A stretch of 64,000 nucleotides of DNA, from positions 59,637-123,636 of the forward strand of contig CAZMEW010000001.1 of NCBI GenBank assembly GCA_964565405.1. The letters run 5' to 3'. Positions 1 through 10,420 of the stretch are shown here, piece by piece. Below the pieces are notes generated by a model that ran no database searches, was not told where the DNA came from, and worked only from the letters and a program-made list of their open reading frames with translations. The stretch is from an uncultured Gammaproteobacteria bacterium. Lineage in GTDB: Bacteria; Patescibacteriota; Patescibacteriia; Magasanikbacterales; UBA922. Position 1 is the stretch's first letter. Every line of letters starts with the position of its first letter. The position numbers and the translations under genes were made by a program.

Positions 1-189
<189 letters not shown>

Positions 190-260
190 TTACCTCGCGG
201 GATAGTTTCTGATTAAAGAATAATATCGTAGAAAAATTTTTTCTCTACGAATCATAGTCT

Positions 261-1049
261 TTAATGATGCTCTTCTGCTCCATGGGGGGCCTGTCCATTT
301 ACGGTTAAATATACAAGTGTAAGCATCGCAAATACGCTTGCCTGTATTAGGCCGACCAACAATTCAAGCAACATAAATGGCGCAGGCACTACTGCTGCAA
401 CCAGACCGCTCATGACTGAAATCAATACTTCACCGGCAAAAATGTTACCAAACAATCGAAGTGAGAGCGAAAGTACTTTTGCAGCCTCACTTACAATTTC
501 GAGTAGCCCCACACCAAATTCAATGATAGCCTGGAACACCCCCATAGGACCCTTCTTAAAACTTTTGAGCAATCCGCCAATCTGTATAAATTTTCCCAAA
601 TGTGTGAATACACCGATGCTTAAAAATGCGAAAATGTGTGATGACACTACAGCCACTAGCGCCATAACTACAGTGAGATTGAGATCAGAATTTGCAGGTC
701 TAAGTAATGGAGCATGGCCCAGAACAATGCTTCCAGTTCCTGGCAAGAGTCCAAGCCAGTTTGAAAGTAAAATAAAAAAGAAGATCGATCCGACTACTGG
801 TAGAAACCGTATAGTTTTTTTTCGATCTCCGGTCACTTGGTCAAAGTATGGTAATAAAAGTTCAAGTATATATTCAAATCCATTCTGCAATTTTGTTGGA
901 CGAAGAGCAATCTTTCGTTTGATAAAAATTCCAATTACCAGAAAAATGAGTAGCGCAAGCCAGACATTGATCATGGTATTCGTAATCGAAATAGGTCCGA
1001 TATGGAATAAAACATCTGGTGCTAATTCTGGAATATGGATTTCCGCCAT
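261..1049 (-). CDS. atpB: ATP synthase F0 subunit a
   Basis: 262-aa polytopic membrane protein. The C-terminal region (LSLRLFGNIFAGE...) matches the subunit a signature around the conserved Arg. It sits between the atpI-like and atpE genes. Confidence 0.85.
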   Translation of the reverse strand: MAEIHIPELAPDVLFHIGPISITNTMINVWLALLIFLVIGIFIKRKIALRPTKLQNGFEYILELLLPYFDQVTGDRKKTIRFLPVVGSIFFFILLSNWLGLLPGTGSIVLGHAPLLRPANSDLNLTVVMALVAVVSSHIFAFLSIGVFTHLGKFIQIGGLLKSFKKGPMGVFQAIIEFGVGLLEIVSEAAKVLSLSLRLFGNIFAGEVLISVMSGLVAAVVPAPFMLLELLVGLIQASVFAMLTLVYLTVNGQAPHGAEEHH

Positions 1050-1052
1050 AGT

Positions 1053-1328
1053 CTACTGTTGGTCATTCTTATTTTTGTCTAATTCTTGGTATCTTTTACC
1101 GTATTCTTTTGCTTTCTCGTAGATCATCCTGCCTGAGATCGTTGCAGCAAGCACAAACGCGCTTATCGTAATCCAAGGAGCGTGACCATATTTTCTCTCT
1201 AATAATTGGGCAAGTAGTACTAGAACTACCACCGGAATTGCAATGGTTGCCCCAAAATCTCCTACGATCTGGAGTCCTAACAGTACATACTCTCGATCAC
1301 TCGATTTTTTTGGTGTTTGGTTCTCCAT
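1053..1328 (-). CDS. small membrane protein, AtpI/AtpZ-like (ATP synthase protein I candidate)
   Basis: 91 aa with two hydrophobic helices, immediately upstream of atpB in the same orientation. Position-based assignment only. Confidence 0.35.
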   Translation of the reverse strand: MENQTPKKSSDREYVLLGLQIVGDFGATIAIPVVVLVLLAQLLERKYGHAPWITISAFVLAATISGRMIYEKAKEYGKRYQELDKNKNDQQ

Positions 1329-1505
1329 AGAAAGCGCCCTAAATTGTATAGCAAATACTCAGATTTGTCAATACAATTTTGCGTTTATCCCCACATCTCG
1401 GCATCAAACCTAGTCTTCTTAATTACTCTTATACGTTTTTAGGCTCAATAGAGTATAAAAAAAGAGCTTTATTCAAGCTCTTTTGGTTTAGTCGTAAGCT
1501 GTTGT

Positions 1506-2438
1506 TTATGAGGCTTTTGCTTTCTTCTCTGCCATTCTCATTTCTTTTATCGAGAGGAAGAGGAATAGCCCACCAATAATAATAGTATTTGCTGGTGCGA
1601 GCCACGTAGGGACATGCACATGGAATGCTTCGAGTGCCATAATAGTTCCCAATACACCGATCGAATACATGGCACCATTTTTCAAGTATGCGTATTTTGA
1701 AATGAGGTTGATTCCTTTGATGGTAAATTCTCGAACCACAAATGCTCCGATACCATTTCCAATAAGAATGAGAGGTACAGACATAGTGAATGCAAATGCC
1801 CCGATAACCCCATCAATTGAGAATGAAGCATCGAGAATTTCGAGATAGAGAATCTTACTCCACGCACTCATCGTTGAAGTCCCACTCATGAGTTGCTTTT
1901 CTTTCTCTTCAGCATTTCGCTTGAACCCATCGGTCAGGAAGTACGCAGTTGTACCGATTGCAGTCGCGAGCGCGAGCGCTGGATTGGTTTTGAGTGAGAG
2001 CCAGATTACAACAGTAAAGAGGAGTGATGAGAGGAAATAGAACCACATTCCTTGTTTGTGAATAAAATGTTCCACAAGAAATGCATATTTCTTTTCTTCT
2101 AGAAATAGCCAACCGAGGAATACCATGATCAAATACATCCCACCACCAAGTAATAGTAGTGGACGCGATTCATCGAGTGCTTCTTCGCTTCCACCTTCTG
2201 CAAATGCCATGTGCCATACTTCTCCAAGTCCTGTACCTGGATTTGCAATCCAGATAATCAAGAATGGTAGCACGCCACGGACTACAACTACCGCAATGAG
2301 GAGTCCCCATACCAAGAATATTTTTCTATACTTTTCTGGAAGAGTTTTGAGTACATGTGCATTGACAATTGCATTATCAATTGAGCTGATAACTTCGAAT
2401 ACCACGAGACCTAAGATAATCATTATTGCTTCGAGCAT
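1506..2438 (-). CDS. integral membrane protein, TerC/DUF475-like
   Basis: 310 aa, multi-TM. It has the SSIDNAIVNA motif seen in TerC/DUF475 family membrane proteins. Confidence 0.4.
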   Translation of the reverse strand: MLEAIMIILGLVVFEVISSIDNAIVNAHVLKTLPEKYRKIFLVWGLLIAVVVVRGVLPFLIIWIANPGTGLGEVWHMAFAEGGSEEALDESRPLLLLGGGMYLIMVFLGWLFLEEKKYAFLVEHFIHKQGMWFYFLSSLLFTVVIWLSLKTNPALALATAIGTTAYFLTDGFKRNAEEKEKQLMSGTSTMSAWSKILYLEILDASFSIDGVIGAFAFTMSVPLILIGNGIGAFVVREFTIKGINLISKYAYLKNGAMYSIGVLGTIMALEAFHVHVPTWLAPANTIIIGGLFLFLSIKEMRMAEKKAKAS

Positions 2439-2488
2439 AGTTCGTTGTTATGTCATTCCCATGAAAGCGCGAATGACGTTAAGCAAAA

Positions 2489-3346
2489 TCACACTTTAAT
2501 TTTATTGAATAAGTGTACTGTATTTTTGTTGATTTGACTAGTCATCTCAGGAACATCCAATCCTCGAACAACAGCAAACTTCTTGATCACTTCTTCAACC
2601 ATCCACGGTTCTGACTGTTCTCCACGATATGTCTGAGGTGCCAAAAATGGCGCATCAGTCTCAACCAGTATTCTTTCAAGAGGAATATTAGTTATTACTT
2701 TTTCAAGTTCGAGTTGCGGTTCTGGATTGGTCTTTTTTGGGGGAAATGTGACCACACCAGTAAACCCGAGGTTAAAGCCAAGTGCCAAATATTCTTCTGC
2801 CTGTTTCCAATTTCCCGTATAACAATGCACCACACCACGGATGAGTGATCCTTTTTCTTTTTTAATATCTTGAAGAAGCTCAATCATTTCATCATGCGCA
2901 TCACGAACGTGCATCACGAGTGGCAACTCAAATTCCTCTGCTATATCATAATGTTTTCTAAATACTTCTTTTTGTGCGGATAGTATGAGTTCTTCTGATT
3001 CATCTTTTGGAATATGGAACCGATCGAGTCCTGTTTCCCCTACGCCAATTACTTTTGGATGTTTCGCAAGCTCGCGATAAAATTCTGGATCAAAATTTTC
3101 TCCACGCGACGTAAAATTGGTAGTTTCTTCAAATACATCCACCTCGTGAATCTGAATCGGATGAAGACCGATCGTCGCATACATCCAATCATATTGTTCT
3201 GCAAGCTCAACTCCTTTTTTGCTCGTACTTTGCTGAGTGCCGACCAAATTCAAAATCATCCCTTTTTCTTTTGAGCGAGCAATTACTTCGTCTCTATTTT
3301 GTTCAAATGCTTTGAAATGTATGTGGCAATGTGTGTCGATCATCAT
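2489..3346 (-). CDS. tatD: TatD family metal-dependent hydrolase/DNase
   Basis: The N-terminal MIDTHCHI motif and length (about 285 aa) are typical of the TatD/YcfH family. Confidence 0.85.
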   Translation of the reverse strand: MMIDTHCHIHFKAFEQNRDEVIARSKEKGMILNLVGTQQSTSKKGVELAEQYDWMYATIGLHPIQIHEVDVFEETTNFTSRGENFDPEFYRELAKHPKVIGVGETGLDRFHIPKDESEELILSAQKEVFRKHYDIAEEFELPLVMHVRDAHDEMIELLQDIKKEKGSLIRGVVHCYTGNWKQAEEYLALGFNLGFTGVVTFPPKKTNPEPQLELEKVITNIPLERILVETDAPFLAPQTYRGEQSEPWMVEEVIKKFAVVRGLDVPEMTSQINKNTVHLFNKIKV

Positions 3347-3876
3347 AATGACTGTTCTATTTTGTCTACGGTTGTTTCTAGTGCACGTAATGCTTCTGGA
3401 AATAGTGGTATGAGTAGAGACGCAAATGCGATTACCGATGGCGCGAACGTTGACCCAAGTATTGCGTCCATTACCTTGTCTCCGAGTGGGAATTTATCAA
3501 TAAAATAGAGAGAGATACCAACGGTGAACACTCCTTCTGCAGCACCGACGATCATTCCAAGGAACCGGTTGAGAGCTTTCTTGAATGGAATAGGAATCAA
3601 CACTCCTCCAACTTTTCCAATAAGCCAGAACGCAGCACCAATTGCCCGTGTGATAATAAAAAATATTGCGATAAACATGACCACACGCGAGACATTCTCT
3701 CCCCACCCCGTCGTATGTATCAGCCACTGTGCCCCACCCTCGTAATATCTACTCGCAATGTATGTCCCGACTACAGTTCCAAATAGTGAACCAAGGGTAT
3801 GGAATAATCCGAACCATAATCCACCGAGGGCGAATATGGCGACGATGATTATGATTATGATGTCGAGGAAATTCAT
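3343..3876 (-). CDS. CvpA family membrane protein
   Basis: 177 aa with 4 TM helices. The N-terminus (MNFLDIIIIIIVAIFALGGLWFG) resembles CvpA (colicin V production) family proteins. Confidence 0.5.
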   Translation of the reverse strand: MNFLDIIIIIIVAIFALGGLWFGLFHTLGSLFGTVVGTYIASRYYEGGAQWLIHTTGWGENVSRVVMFIAIFFIITRAIGAAFWLIGKVGGVLIPIPFKKALNRFLGMIVGAAEGVFTVGISLYFIDKFPLGDKVMDAILGSTFAPSVIAFASLLIPLFPEALRALETTVDKIEQSL

Positions 3877-4205
3877 AGTTGGGTTAACTGCTTGTTAACT
3901 TTCTTATTTTTAAGCATCCAAAATATATTTCCAAATATATAAAACATAATTGCAAAGAATAATGCTGGTGCTGAAAGTAAGCAAATAAAAGTCTGATATA
4001 CAGCACAGATTTTTCCAATCGTTATTGTAGGTAAATACATGAATACGTAAGTCATGAACGTGCCCAGGTAACACAAAAACATGCTGTCATTTGCAAAACA
4101 CATATTTAGTAAGAGAATCACTAATAATCCTCCAATAATGCCAACTGCTGCGCCAATTATTACGAGCCTTACTTGAAATCTTTTAGGAGGAAAAATTAGT
4201 TTCAT
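3873..4205 (-). CDS. hypothetical small membrane protein
   Basis: 110-aa ORF, hydrophobic, in the same operon orientation. Confidence 0.3.
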   Translation of the reverse strand: MKLIFPPKRFQVRLVIIGAAVGIIGGLLVILLLNMCFANDSMFLCYLGTFMTYVFMYLPTITIGKICAVYQTFICLLSAPALFFAIMFYIFGNIFWMLKNKKVNKQLTQL

Positions 4206-4537
4206 ATCTTTTGATCACTTTTTTGTACTATTCTGTATAAAGTCCAACCTACTGTAGCTCCAATCGTTGCATTTATTACCGAGAATAGAATAAGACTTAG
4301 CACAATATTATCAACAAATTGAGTTAAAAGAAATGTTGGTGGTAATAAAAGAAGACATCCCATTACATTTTCAGATGTATATCCTCCGTCATTTGGAATT
4401 TCAAACGAGCTTGTACAATAATGCATCAGTCCAAGCAAGACAAAGCCAACAGCAATTCCAATTAGCGCACCACCAACAAGATAGCGGGATCTTTTTTTAA
4501 GTAACACTATTTTAACTTCACCATCTTTTGATTCCAT
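4202..4537 (-). CDS. hypothetical small membrane protein
   Basis: 111-aa ORF with 3 predicted TM helices. Its start overlaps the downstream gene by 4 nt. Confidence 0.3.
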   Translation of the reverse strand: MESKDGEVKIVLLKKRSRYLVGGALIGIAVGFVLLGLMHYCTSSFEIPNDGGYTSENVMGCLLLLPPTFLLTQFVDNIVLSLILFSVINATIGATVGWTLYRIVQKSDQKI

Positions 4538-4548
4538 ATATCTCTTCG

Positions 4549-6078
4549 TTACCTCTTTTCGAGGCGTGGAAACACTGGCTCGCCTTTCTTAATTTCCTGC
4601 CCTACTTGTAGATTTCCCCATTTGGTAATTTCAGATAACACTAACTCTTTTGAGTTTACCCCCAGTGAAACAAGAATTTTTTCTACAGCAGTTGGGATTA
4701 ATGGTAGCAATGAAACTCCGAGATGAAATAGTCCTTCAGAAATTTGATACAGATGTCCGTTAATATCTTCTCCCGCTTTTGCTTTTTCCCATGGCTTATA
4801 GGTAGAGATTGCAGTGTCGATTTTTGTCGTCAACTTATTGATATGCTGGATCACTTCATCAAACGAATAATTCTCAAATGAAGAAATGTACTCTTTCCAA
4901 AATATTTCAACACCAAACATATCTTCAGTATTTTTTTCTGGAACTTTATTATCACAATATTTTTCGAGCATGGTAAGAATTCGGTGTGTGAGATTTCCGA
5001 TTCCGTTTGCAAGATGCGCTGTGTAAAATTCTTCGAATCGTGCGTATGAAAAATCTCCATCTTGCGCAGCAGGAATAGCACCGAGCAGATAATATCGTGT
5101 AGCGTCAGTCCCATATTTCTCTACCACCTCACTCGGATCAATCACATTACCCAATGATTTACTAATTTTCTCTCCTTCAACAGTAACATAGCCGTGGATA
5201 AAAATTTCAGTTGGCAATGGAATTCCAGCTGAGAGTAGAAATGCTGGCCAGTAGAGCACATGAAATTTACCAATTCCTTTTCCAATCACATGTGACACTC
5301 GTCTATTCTCATTCTGAACCCAATACGTATCAAACTGTTTTTCGTCGCCACCATATCCAAGCGCCGTAATATAGTTTGACAATGCATCAACCCACACGTA
5401 CATGATCTGCGATTCGTCACTAGGAACTGGTACACCCCAACCATGCGCACGTTCGTGTGAGCGGGAAATACTAAAGTCCTCGAGTCCGCGGTCGATGAAT
5501 GCAAGCCACTCGTTCTTGCGAGCTTCTGGATAGATTTTGATAACATTTTTTTCAACTAATTCGCGAAGTTGTTTTGAATAATTACCAAGTTTGAAAAAAT
5601 AATTTTCTTCCTCAATTGCTTCAAGCGGTTTCTTGTGTTCTGGACAGAGTCCGTCAACCAGTTCTTCCTCGGTATAAAATGCTTCACACCCGACACAATA
5701 TAATCCTTTATAAGTCTTTTTATATACATCTTCTTTTTTAAATGATTCCCATAATTTTTTTGCACCATCAAAATGTCTTTTCTCAGTCGTACGGATAAAG
5801 TCGTCGTAAGAAATATCTAGGACTGTTTTAAATTTTTTGAAATGTTCCGCATTGTCTGCTACAAATTTTTCAGTTGATTCTCCTGCTTTTTCTGCAGCCT
5901 GCACATTCTTAAGTGAATTTTCATCAGTTCCGGTCAAAAAAAATACATCACGACCATTGAGTCGTTCAAATCGTGCCCTGGCATCAGTTTGTACATACTC
6001 AAGAGCATGTCCAATGTGTGGTTTGGCATTCACGTATGGTATTGCTGTTGAAATGTAAAATGGTTTTTTTGTCTTCAT
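4549..6078 (-). CDS. metG: methionine--tRNA ligase
   Basis: Class I signatures are present: PYVNAKPHIGHA (HIGH), KISKSLGN (KMSKS) and a CVGC...CPEH zinc knuckle. 509 aa. Confidence 0.9.
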   Translation of the reverse strand: MKTKKPFYISTAIPYVNAKPHIGHALEYVQTDARARFERLNGRDVFFLTGTDENSLKNVQAAEKAGESTEKFVADNAEHFKKFKTVLDISYDDFIRTTEKRHFDGAKKLWESFKKEDVYKKTYKGLYCVGCEAFYTEEELVDGLCPEHKKPLEAIEEENYFFKLGNYSKQLRELVEKNVIKIYPEARKNEWLAFIDRGLEDFSISRSHERAHGWGVPVPSDESQIMYVWVDALSNYITALGYGGDEKQFDTYWVQNENRRVSHVIGKGIGKFHVLYWPAFLLSAGIPLPTEIFIHGYVTVEGEKISKSLGNVIDPSEVVEKYGTDATRYYLLGAIPAAQDGDFSYARFEEFYTAHLANGIGNLTHRILTMLEKYCDNKVPEKNTEDMFGVEIFWKEYISSFENYSFDEVIQHINKLTTKIDTAISTYKPWEKAKAGEDINGHLYQISEGLFHLGVSLLPLIPTAVEKILVSLGVNSKELVLSEITKWGNLQVGQEIKKGEPVFPRLEKR

Positions 6079-6079
6079 A

Positions 6080-6520
6080 TTATTTTTTTAGCTTTCGATG
6101 GAATTCAAATCCTTTTTTAAGTATTTTTGGCATGTTTGCCCACGCGTATTCGAACTTATCAATTTCACTTTCAGTTATCCATGAATATTGCATATGTTCG
6201 TCACTTAACCGAACTTCATCTACATCATTTTGAATATATCTCACCACTGCCGCTCGTGCTAACCCATCTTCATTATACCAAGTTTCAAAATCTACTATCC
6301 CAATAGTTATAAAATTTTCAAACCCCAATTCTTCTTGCAATTCCCTCTCAAACGCTTCATTACCTTTCTCAGCCTCACCTTCATCAATTCTTCCACCAGG
6401 TAAGCCCCATTTTTCTGAAAACGTAGTCCCTACACTTGCTTGAAGAATCAAGCATTTATTATCTCTGAACAAAAGAGCTGATTGACTAATCACAAATTTT
6501 TCAAACGGCTTTTTATTCAT
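6080..6520 (-). CDS. NUDIX hydrolase
   Basis: Nudix box GGRIDEGEAEKGNEAFERELQEELG (GX5EX7REUXEEXGU). Confidence 0.7.
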   Translation of the reverse strand: MNKKPFEKFVISQSALLFRDNKCLILQASVGTTFSEKWGLPGGRIDEGEAEKGNEAFERELQEELGFENFITIGIVDFETWYNEDGLARAAVVRYIQNDVDEVRLSDEHMQYSWITESEIDKFEYAWANMPKILKKGFEFHRKLKK

Positions 6521-6525
6521 AACTA

Positions 6526-7224
6526 CTATCTTTTTCCTCTCACTACTACGACAAACTCCCCTTTTTCTGAAATATTCATGTCTTTAATTTGTTCGATGGT
6601 ACCTGTATATGTTGTCTCAAATTTTTTTGTCAGCTCTCGACACAAGACCACCTGTCTACTACTTTCCAAAACCTCAGCAAGCTCATCAATACATTTTTTT
6701 ATTCTATGGTTTGATTCGTAAAACGCTACGGTATACTCAGCATTCGCTACTTCCTCAAAAAAAGACTTTCTACCTTTCTTATGCGGAGGAAAACCCAAAA
6801 ATAAAAACTTATCCGTAGGAAATCCTGAAACAGAAAGCGCTGAAATTACGGCACTTGCACCAGGAATTGGAATAATCTGGCACTCTGACAAACTTTCTCG
6901 AACTCTTGAAACGAGGATATTTCCTGGATCACTGATCCCAGGTGTTCCCGCATCAGATACGCACGCGAGTTTTTTTCCACTTCGTAAAAGCTCAATAATT
7001 TCGACAATGACCGCTTCAGAGGAATGATGGTGGTAACTCTTGGTTTCTTTCTTCAGATTATATCGAGTGAGTAGATTTGCAGTAACCCGAGTGTCTTCAC
7101 ACAGAACTAAATCAACAGCCGAAAGTACCTCAAGAGCTCGAGATGAGATATCAGAGAGGTTACCGATGGGCGTTGCGACAATATAGAGAATTCCAGTTTT
7201 TTCCATAGTACAAAGTATCCACAT
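6526..7224 (-). CDS. rsmI: 16S rRNA (cytidine1402-2'-O)-methyltransferase RsmI
   Basis: Tetrapyrrole-methylase fold motifs are present: GILYIVATPIGNLSDIS, CEDTR and DAGTPGISDPG. The true start is likely the internal MEKTG. Confidence 0.8.
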   Translation of the reverse strand: MWILCTMEKTGILYIVATPIGNLSDISSRALEVLSAVDLVLCEDTRVTANLLTRYNLKKETKSYHHHSSEAVIVEIIELLRSGKKLACVSDAGTPGISDPGNILVSRVRESLSECQIIPIPGASAVISALSVSGFPTDKFLFLGFPPHKKGRKSFFEEVANAEYTVAFYESNHRIKKCIDELAEVLESSRQVVLCRELTKKFETTYTGTIEQIKDMNISEKGEFVVVVRGKR

Positions 7225-7286
7225 CGTAACAGAAAAATGGCTTCATGTAAACAAAATACCTGCTACATGGAAGTGACGCTTATTTT

Positions 7287-9605
7287 TTGATATACTTATC
7301 CATGTTCGTAATTAACATTCTTATGCAATTATATAAAAAGGCTTTTTTAGGTTTTATTTCGCTTACACTTACCCTCCCGACCCCCCTTCTTGCCGCAACA
7401 TTTGATCCTAATTACCTTATCTCTGACGAAGAGTTGCAGAATTATCAGAGCATGAACCGAGAAGATATCCAGGCATTTCTGACTGACAAGGGTGGCTATA
7501 TTGCCAACCTCTCAACACCTGATTTTGAGGGAAATAATCGACCTGTGTCTGATATTATTTATCGATCAGCAATTAATAACAAAATTAATCCTAAATACCT
7601 CTTGGTTAAACTCCAAAAAGAGCAAAGTCTGATTTCTGAAGAAAGTCCGACCCAAAAACAACTGGATTGGGCAACGGGGTATGGTGTGTGCGATAGTTGC
7701 TCCATGGATGATCCAAGTATCCAGAAATTCAAAGGTCTTGGAACACAGATCGAAAATGCTGCCGGCATTATGCGGTGGTATTATGATAATGTGAATTCGC
7801 AGGGATGGATTAAAAAACCATCAACTGCATACTTGATTGACGATGTACCTGTCACCCCTGCAAACTATGCGACTGCATTTCTCTACACCTACACTCCACA
7901 TATTCATGGAAATCTCAATTTTTGGAATCTATGGCAACAATGGTTTGACCAAGTATACCCGGATGGATCACTCATTAAGACAGCCGATAGTCCTGATGTG
8001 TATCTGATAGAAGAAGGACAAAAACGAAAATTTACCACGCTTACAGCACTCACAACACGATTTAACCCTAAATTGATTTTACTTGTTCCTTCAAGCGAGC
8101 TCGCTCGTTACCCCGATGGGCCACAAATTTCTTTACCTAATTATTCGATTGTATTTGATGGTTATAATTATTATCTTCTTGATTATGATTACAAACGTCA
8201 ATTTGCAAACGCACAAGTGGTCAAACAAATTGGCTATAACCCTGATGAAATTATCACAGTTAGCGCAAGTGATCTTGATCCATACATCCTCGGAAAGGAA
8301 ATCAGTGCTGAGACTACTGCCCCGCTCGGTCGTGTAGTTGAGGTAACTGAATCAAAAAATCAATATTTTGTTGAAGATGGGGTAATGCACCCGATTCTTG
8401 ATCCGGTTATTCTCAAGGTTAATTTTCCTCACCTAATACTAGAAAAAATTCCCGCTGCACAATTTGCAACTCTCAATCTAAAATTCGGAGAGCCTGTGCA
8501 ATTGAAAGATGGAACCGTATTTGGAATCAAGGGATTCAATGAAATCTATGTTGTTGAAAAAGGAACCAAACGACATATAGCAAGCGAAGACGTGTTCAAT
8601 GGCCTCGGATATTCGTGGAGTAATATTGTGTGGGTGAGCGAATATGTTGGAATGGCACTTCCAGCTGGCGAACCTATCTATCTAAAAACTGATAAATCCT
8701 CATCGGGCTCAGGTATTGCGACTACACCTCCTAAAACACAGTCTACGTCAGTTTCGAAAACCGAAACTGCGATACCCGCAAAACAACCTGTTGATGATAT
8801 GGTCAGGACTCCTGCTGACCAGATTTCTTTTATTGGAGAAAAGTTCGATACTGCGATTGAATCCTATGTTGTAGCGGATCCTGATACTGGTACTATTGTT
8901 GCAGGGAAAAATGTAGACACCGTGCGCCCGCTTGCTTCCCTTTCCAAACTTATGACCGCACATATACTTCTGGATCGTGGAATATCGCTAAGTGCAAGCA
9001 CGGTATACTCCGCGGTAAAGCACAGATCTGATTATCATAATTTTAATGTAGCTGAAGGTGATATACTAACGAATAAAGATATTTTATATTCAATGCTTGT
9101 TGCGTCAAACAATACCGCAGCTGTCATGCTCACTGATGCTCTCGGATACCGCCAATCTGATTTTGTAACACTCATGAATACCGAAGCTTCAACGTTAGGC
9201 CTCACTCACATGACCTTTGCTGATTCCTATGGTTACAACCCACAAAACCAAGGAACTCCACGTGAAGTGGTAACCCTATTCCGTGAGGCACTCAAAAGTG
9301 ATACTATAGCTGCAGCACTTGGTACCAGTAGATATTCGTATACCGAATCAGTAAGTACCGATGGTGTTGTCTCGCACACCGAAGTACACAGTAATGGTTT
9401 GCTCAAACGAACACTCCCCTACACCATACTAGCAAGTAAAACTGGATTCTTGTATGAATCGGGTGCATGCCTTATCATACTTGTTGAGCGACCAAGTGAC
9501 GGCAAAAAATTCCTTCTTCTCACCATGGGTAATCCCGACTTTGGCTCAGATTCACGATTTGATGAGCCGAATCGATTTGCTTCATGGGCTCTCAAAAATT
9601 TTTAA
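7287..9605 (+). CDS. secreted protein with C-terminal D-alanyl-D-alanine carboxypeptidase (peptidase S11, PBP5-like) domain
   Basis: N-terminal signal/TM segment. The C-terminal domain carries SLSK (SxxK), SNN (SxN) and SKTG (KTG) motifs. About 450 aa of the N-terminal region has no family I recognise. Confidence 0.6.
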   Translation: MIYLSMFVINILMQLYKKAFLGFISLTLTLPTPLLAATFDPNYLISDEELQNYQSMNREDIQAFLTDKGGYIANLSTPDFEGNNRPVSDIIYRSAINNKINPKYLLVKLQKEQSLISEESPTQKQLDWATGYGVCDSCSMDDPSIQKFKGLGTQIENAAGIMRWYYDNVNSQGWIKKPSTAYLIDDVPVTPANYATAFLYTYTPHIHGNLNFWNLWQQWFDQVYPDGSLIKTADSPDVYLIEEGQKRKFTTLTALTTRFNPKLILLVPSSELARYPDGPQISLPNYSIVFDGYNYYLLDYDYKRQFANAQVVKQIGYNPDEIITVSASDLDPYILGKEISAETTAPLGRVVEVTESKNQYFVEDGVMHPILDPVILKVNFPHLILEKIPAAQFATLNLKFGEPVQLKDGTVFGIKGFNEIYVVEKGTKRHIASEDVFNGLGYSWSNIVWVSEYVGMALPAGEPIYLKTDKSSSGSGIATTPPKTQSTSVSKTETAIPAKQPVDDMVRTPADQISFIGEKFDTAIESYVVADPDTGTIVAGKNVDTVRPLASLSKLMTAHILLDRGISLSASTVYSAVKHRSDYHNFNVAEGDILTNKDILYSMLVASNNTAAVMLTDALGYRQSDFVTLMNTEASTLGLTHMTFADSYGYNPQNQGTPREVVTLFREALKSDTIAAALGTSRYSYTESVSTDGVVSHTEVHSNGLLKRTLPYTILASKTGFLYESGACLIILVERPSDGKKFLLLTMGNPDFGSDSRFDEPNRFASWALKNF

Positions 9606-10411
9606 TCACGACGTATATGCCTCTCGTATTTGGAGCGATTACCCCTCATTCACCTGTACTCATTCCTGAAATCGGTACTAAAAGTCGAGAGAAAGCAACC
9701 AAGACCATTGAAGCACTGTCTACACTTGAAGAAAATCTTTATCTTGCAAAACCACATTTGGTAATTATTTTTACTCCCCACTCTCAAGCACATTCTGATA
9801 CCTTTGTAATCAATGCACACACTAATTTTAATTCCTCATTCGAAGAATTTGGCGAACACTCACTCAAGAACACCTATGAAGGATCACCCGATTTTGCAGC
9901 AAAAATTTCGCACGAAGCGAATAAACTCAATATACCTGTTAAACTAGTAAGTGAACAAAAACTTGATCACGGATCAAGTGTTCCTTTGTACGCTCTTGCA
10001 GGACATCTCGATCATATTAAAGTTCTCCCTATCAGCCCCTGTGATCTTGATCCCAAAAGTCATCTCAACTTTGGAAATCTAATCAAAGAGTTATGCATGG
10101 AATCAGATAAACGAGTCGCTGTCATTGCATCTTCGAATCTTTCACACGGTATTACTACAGATTCTCCTGCAGGATTTCGCGAAGAAGGAAAAAAGTTTGA
10201 TGAGACGTTGATTCAACTTCTCGAATCCCACAACACAAGTGGTATTGCGACACTTGATCCAGTGCTTATAGAAAACGCCGCTGAAACTGGCTATAAACCG
10301 CTCCTACTGCTTCTTGGTGCGCTCAAAAATATTAATTACGAGTTCAAGCGTCTTGCCTACGAACATCCTTTTGGCGTAGGATACCTCACCGCTGAGTTTA
10401 TTTTTTCATAA
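9584..10411 (+). CDS. class III extradiol dioxygenase (LigB/YgiD/MEMO1-like) family protein
   Basis: ITPHSPVLIP and SSNLSHG motifs resemble the His ligand regions of LigB/YgiD family proteins. The true start is probably the internal MPLVFG. Confidence 0.45.
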   Translation: MGSQKFLITTYMPLVFGAITPHSPVLIPEIGTKSREKATKTIEALSTLEENLYLAKPHLVIIFTPHSQAHSDTFVINAHTNFNSSFEEFGEHSLKNTYEGSPDFAAKISHEANKLNIPVKLVSEQKLDHGSSVPLYALAGHLDHIKVLPISPCDLDPKSHLNFGNLIKELCMESDKRVAVIASSNLSHGITTDSPAGFREEGKKFDETLIQLLESHNTSGIATLDPVLIENAAETGYKPLLLLLGALKNINYEFKRLAYEHPFGVGYLTAEFIFS

Positions 10412-10420
10412 CCTTGCCCT

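Noticed and set aside
412-1122. 236-aa plus-strand ORF
   Set aside because: It is entirely antisense to the well-supported atpB gene, with a low-complexity Ser/Pro-rich translation. Treated as a spurious overlap ORF.
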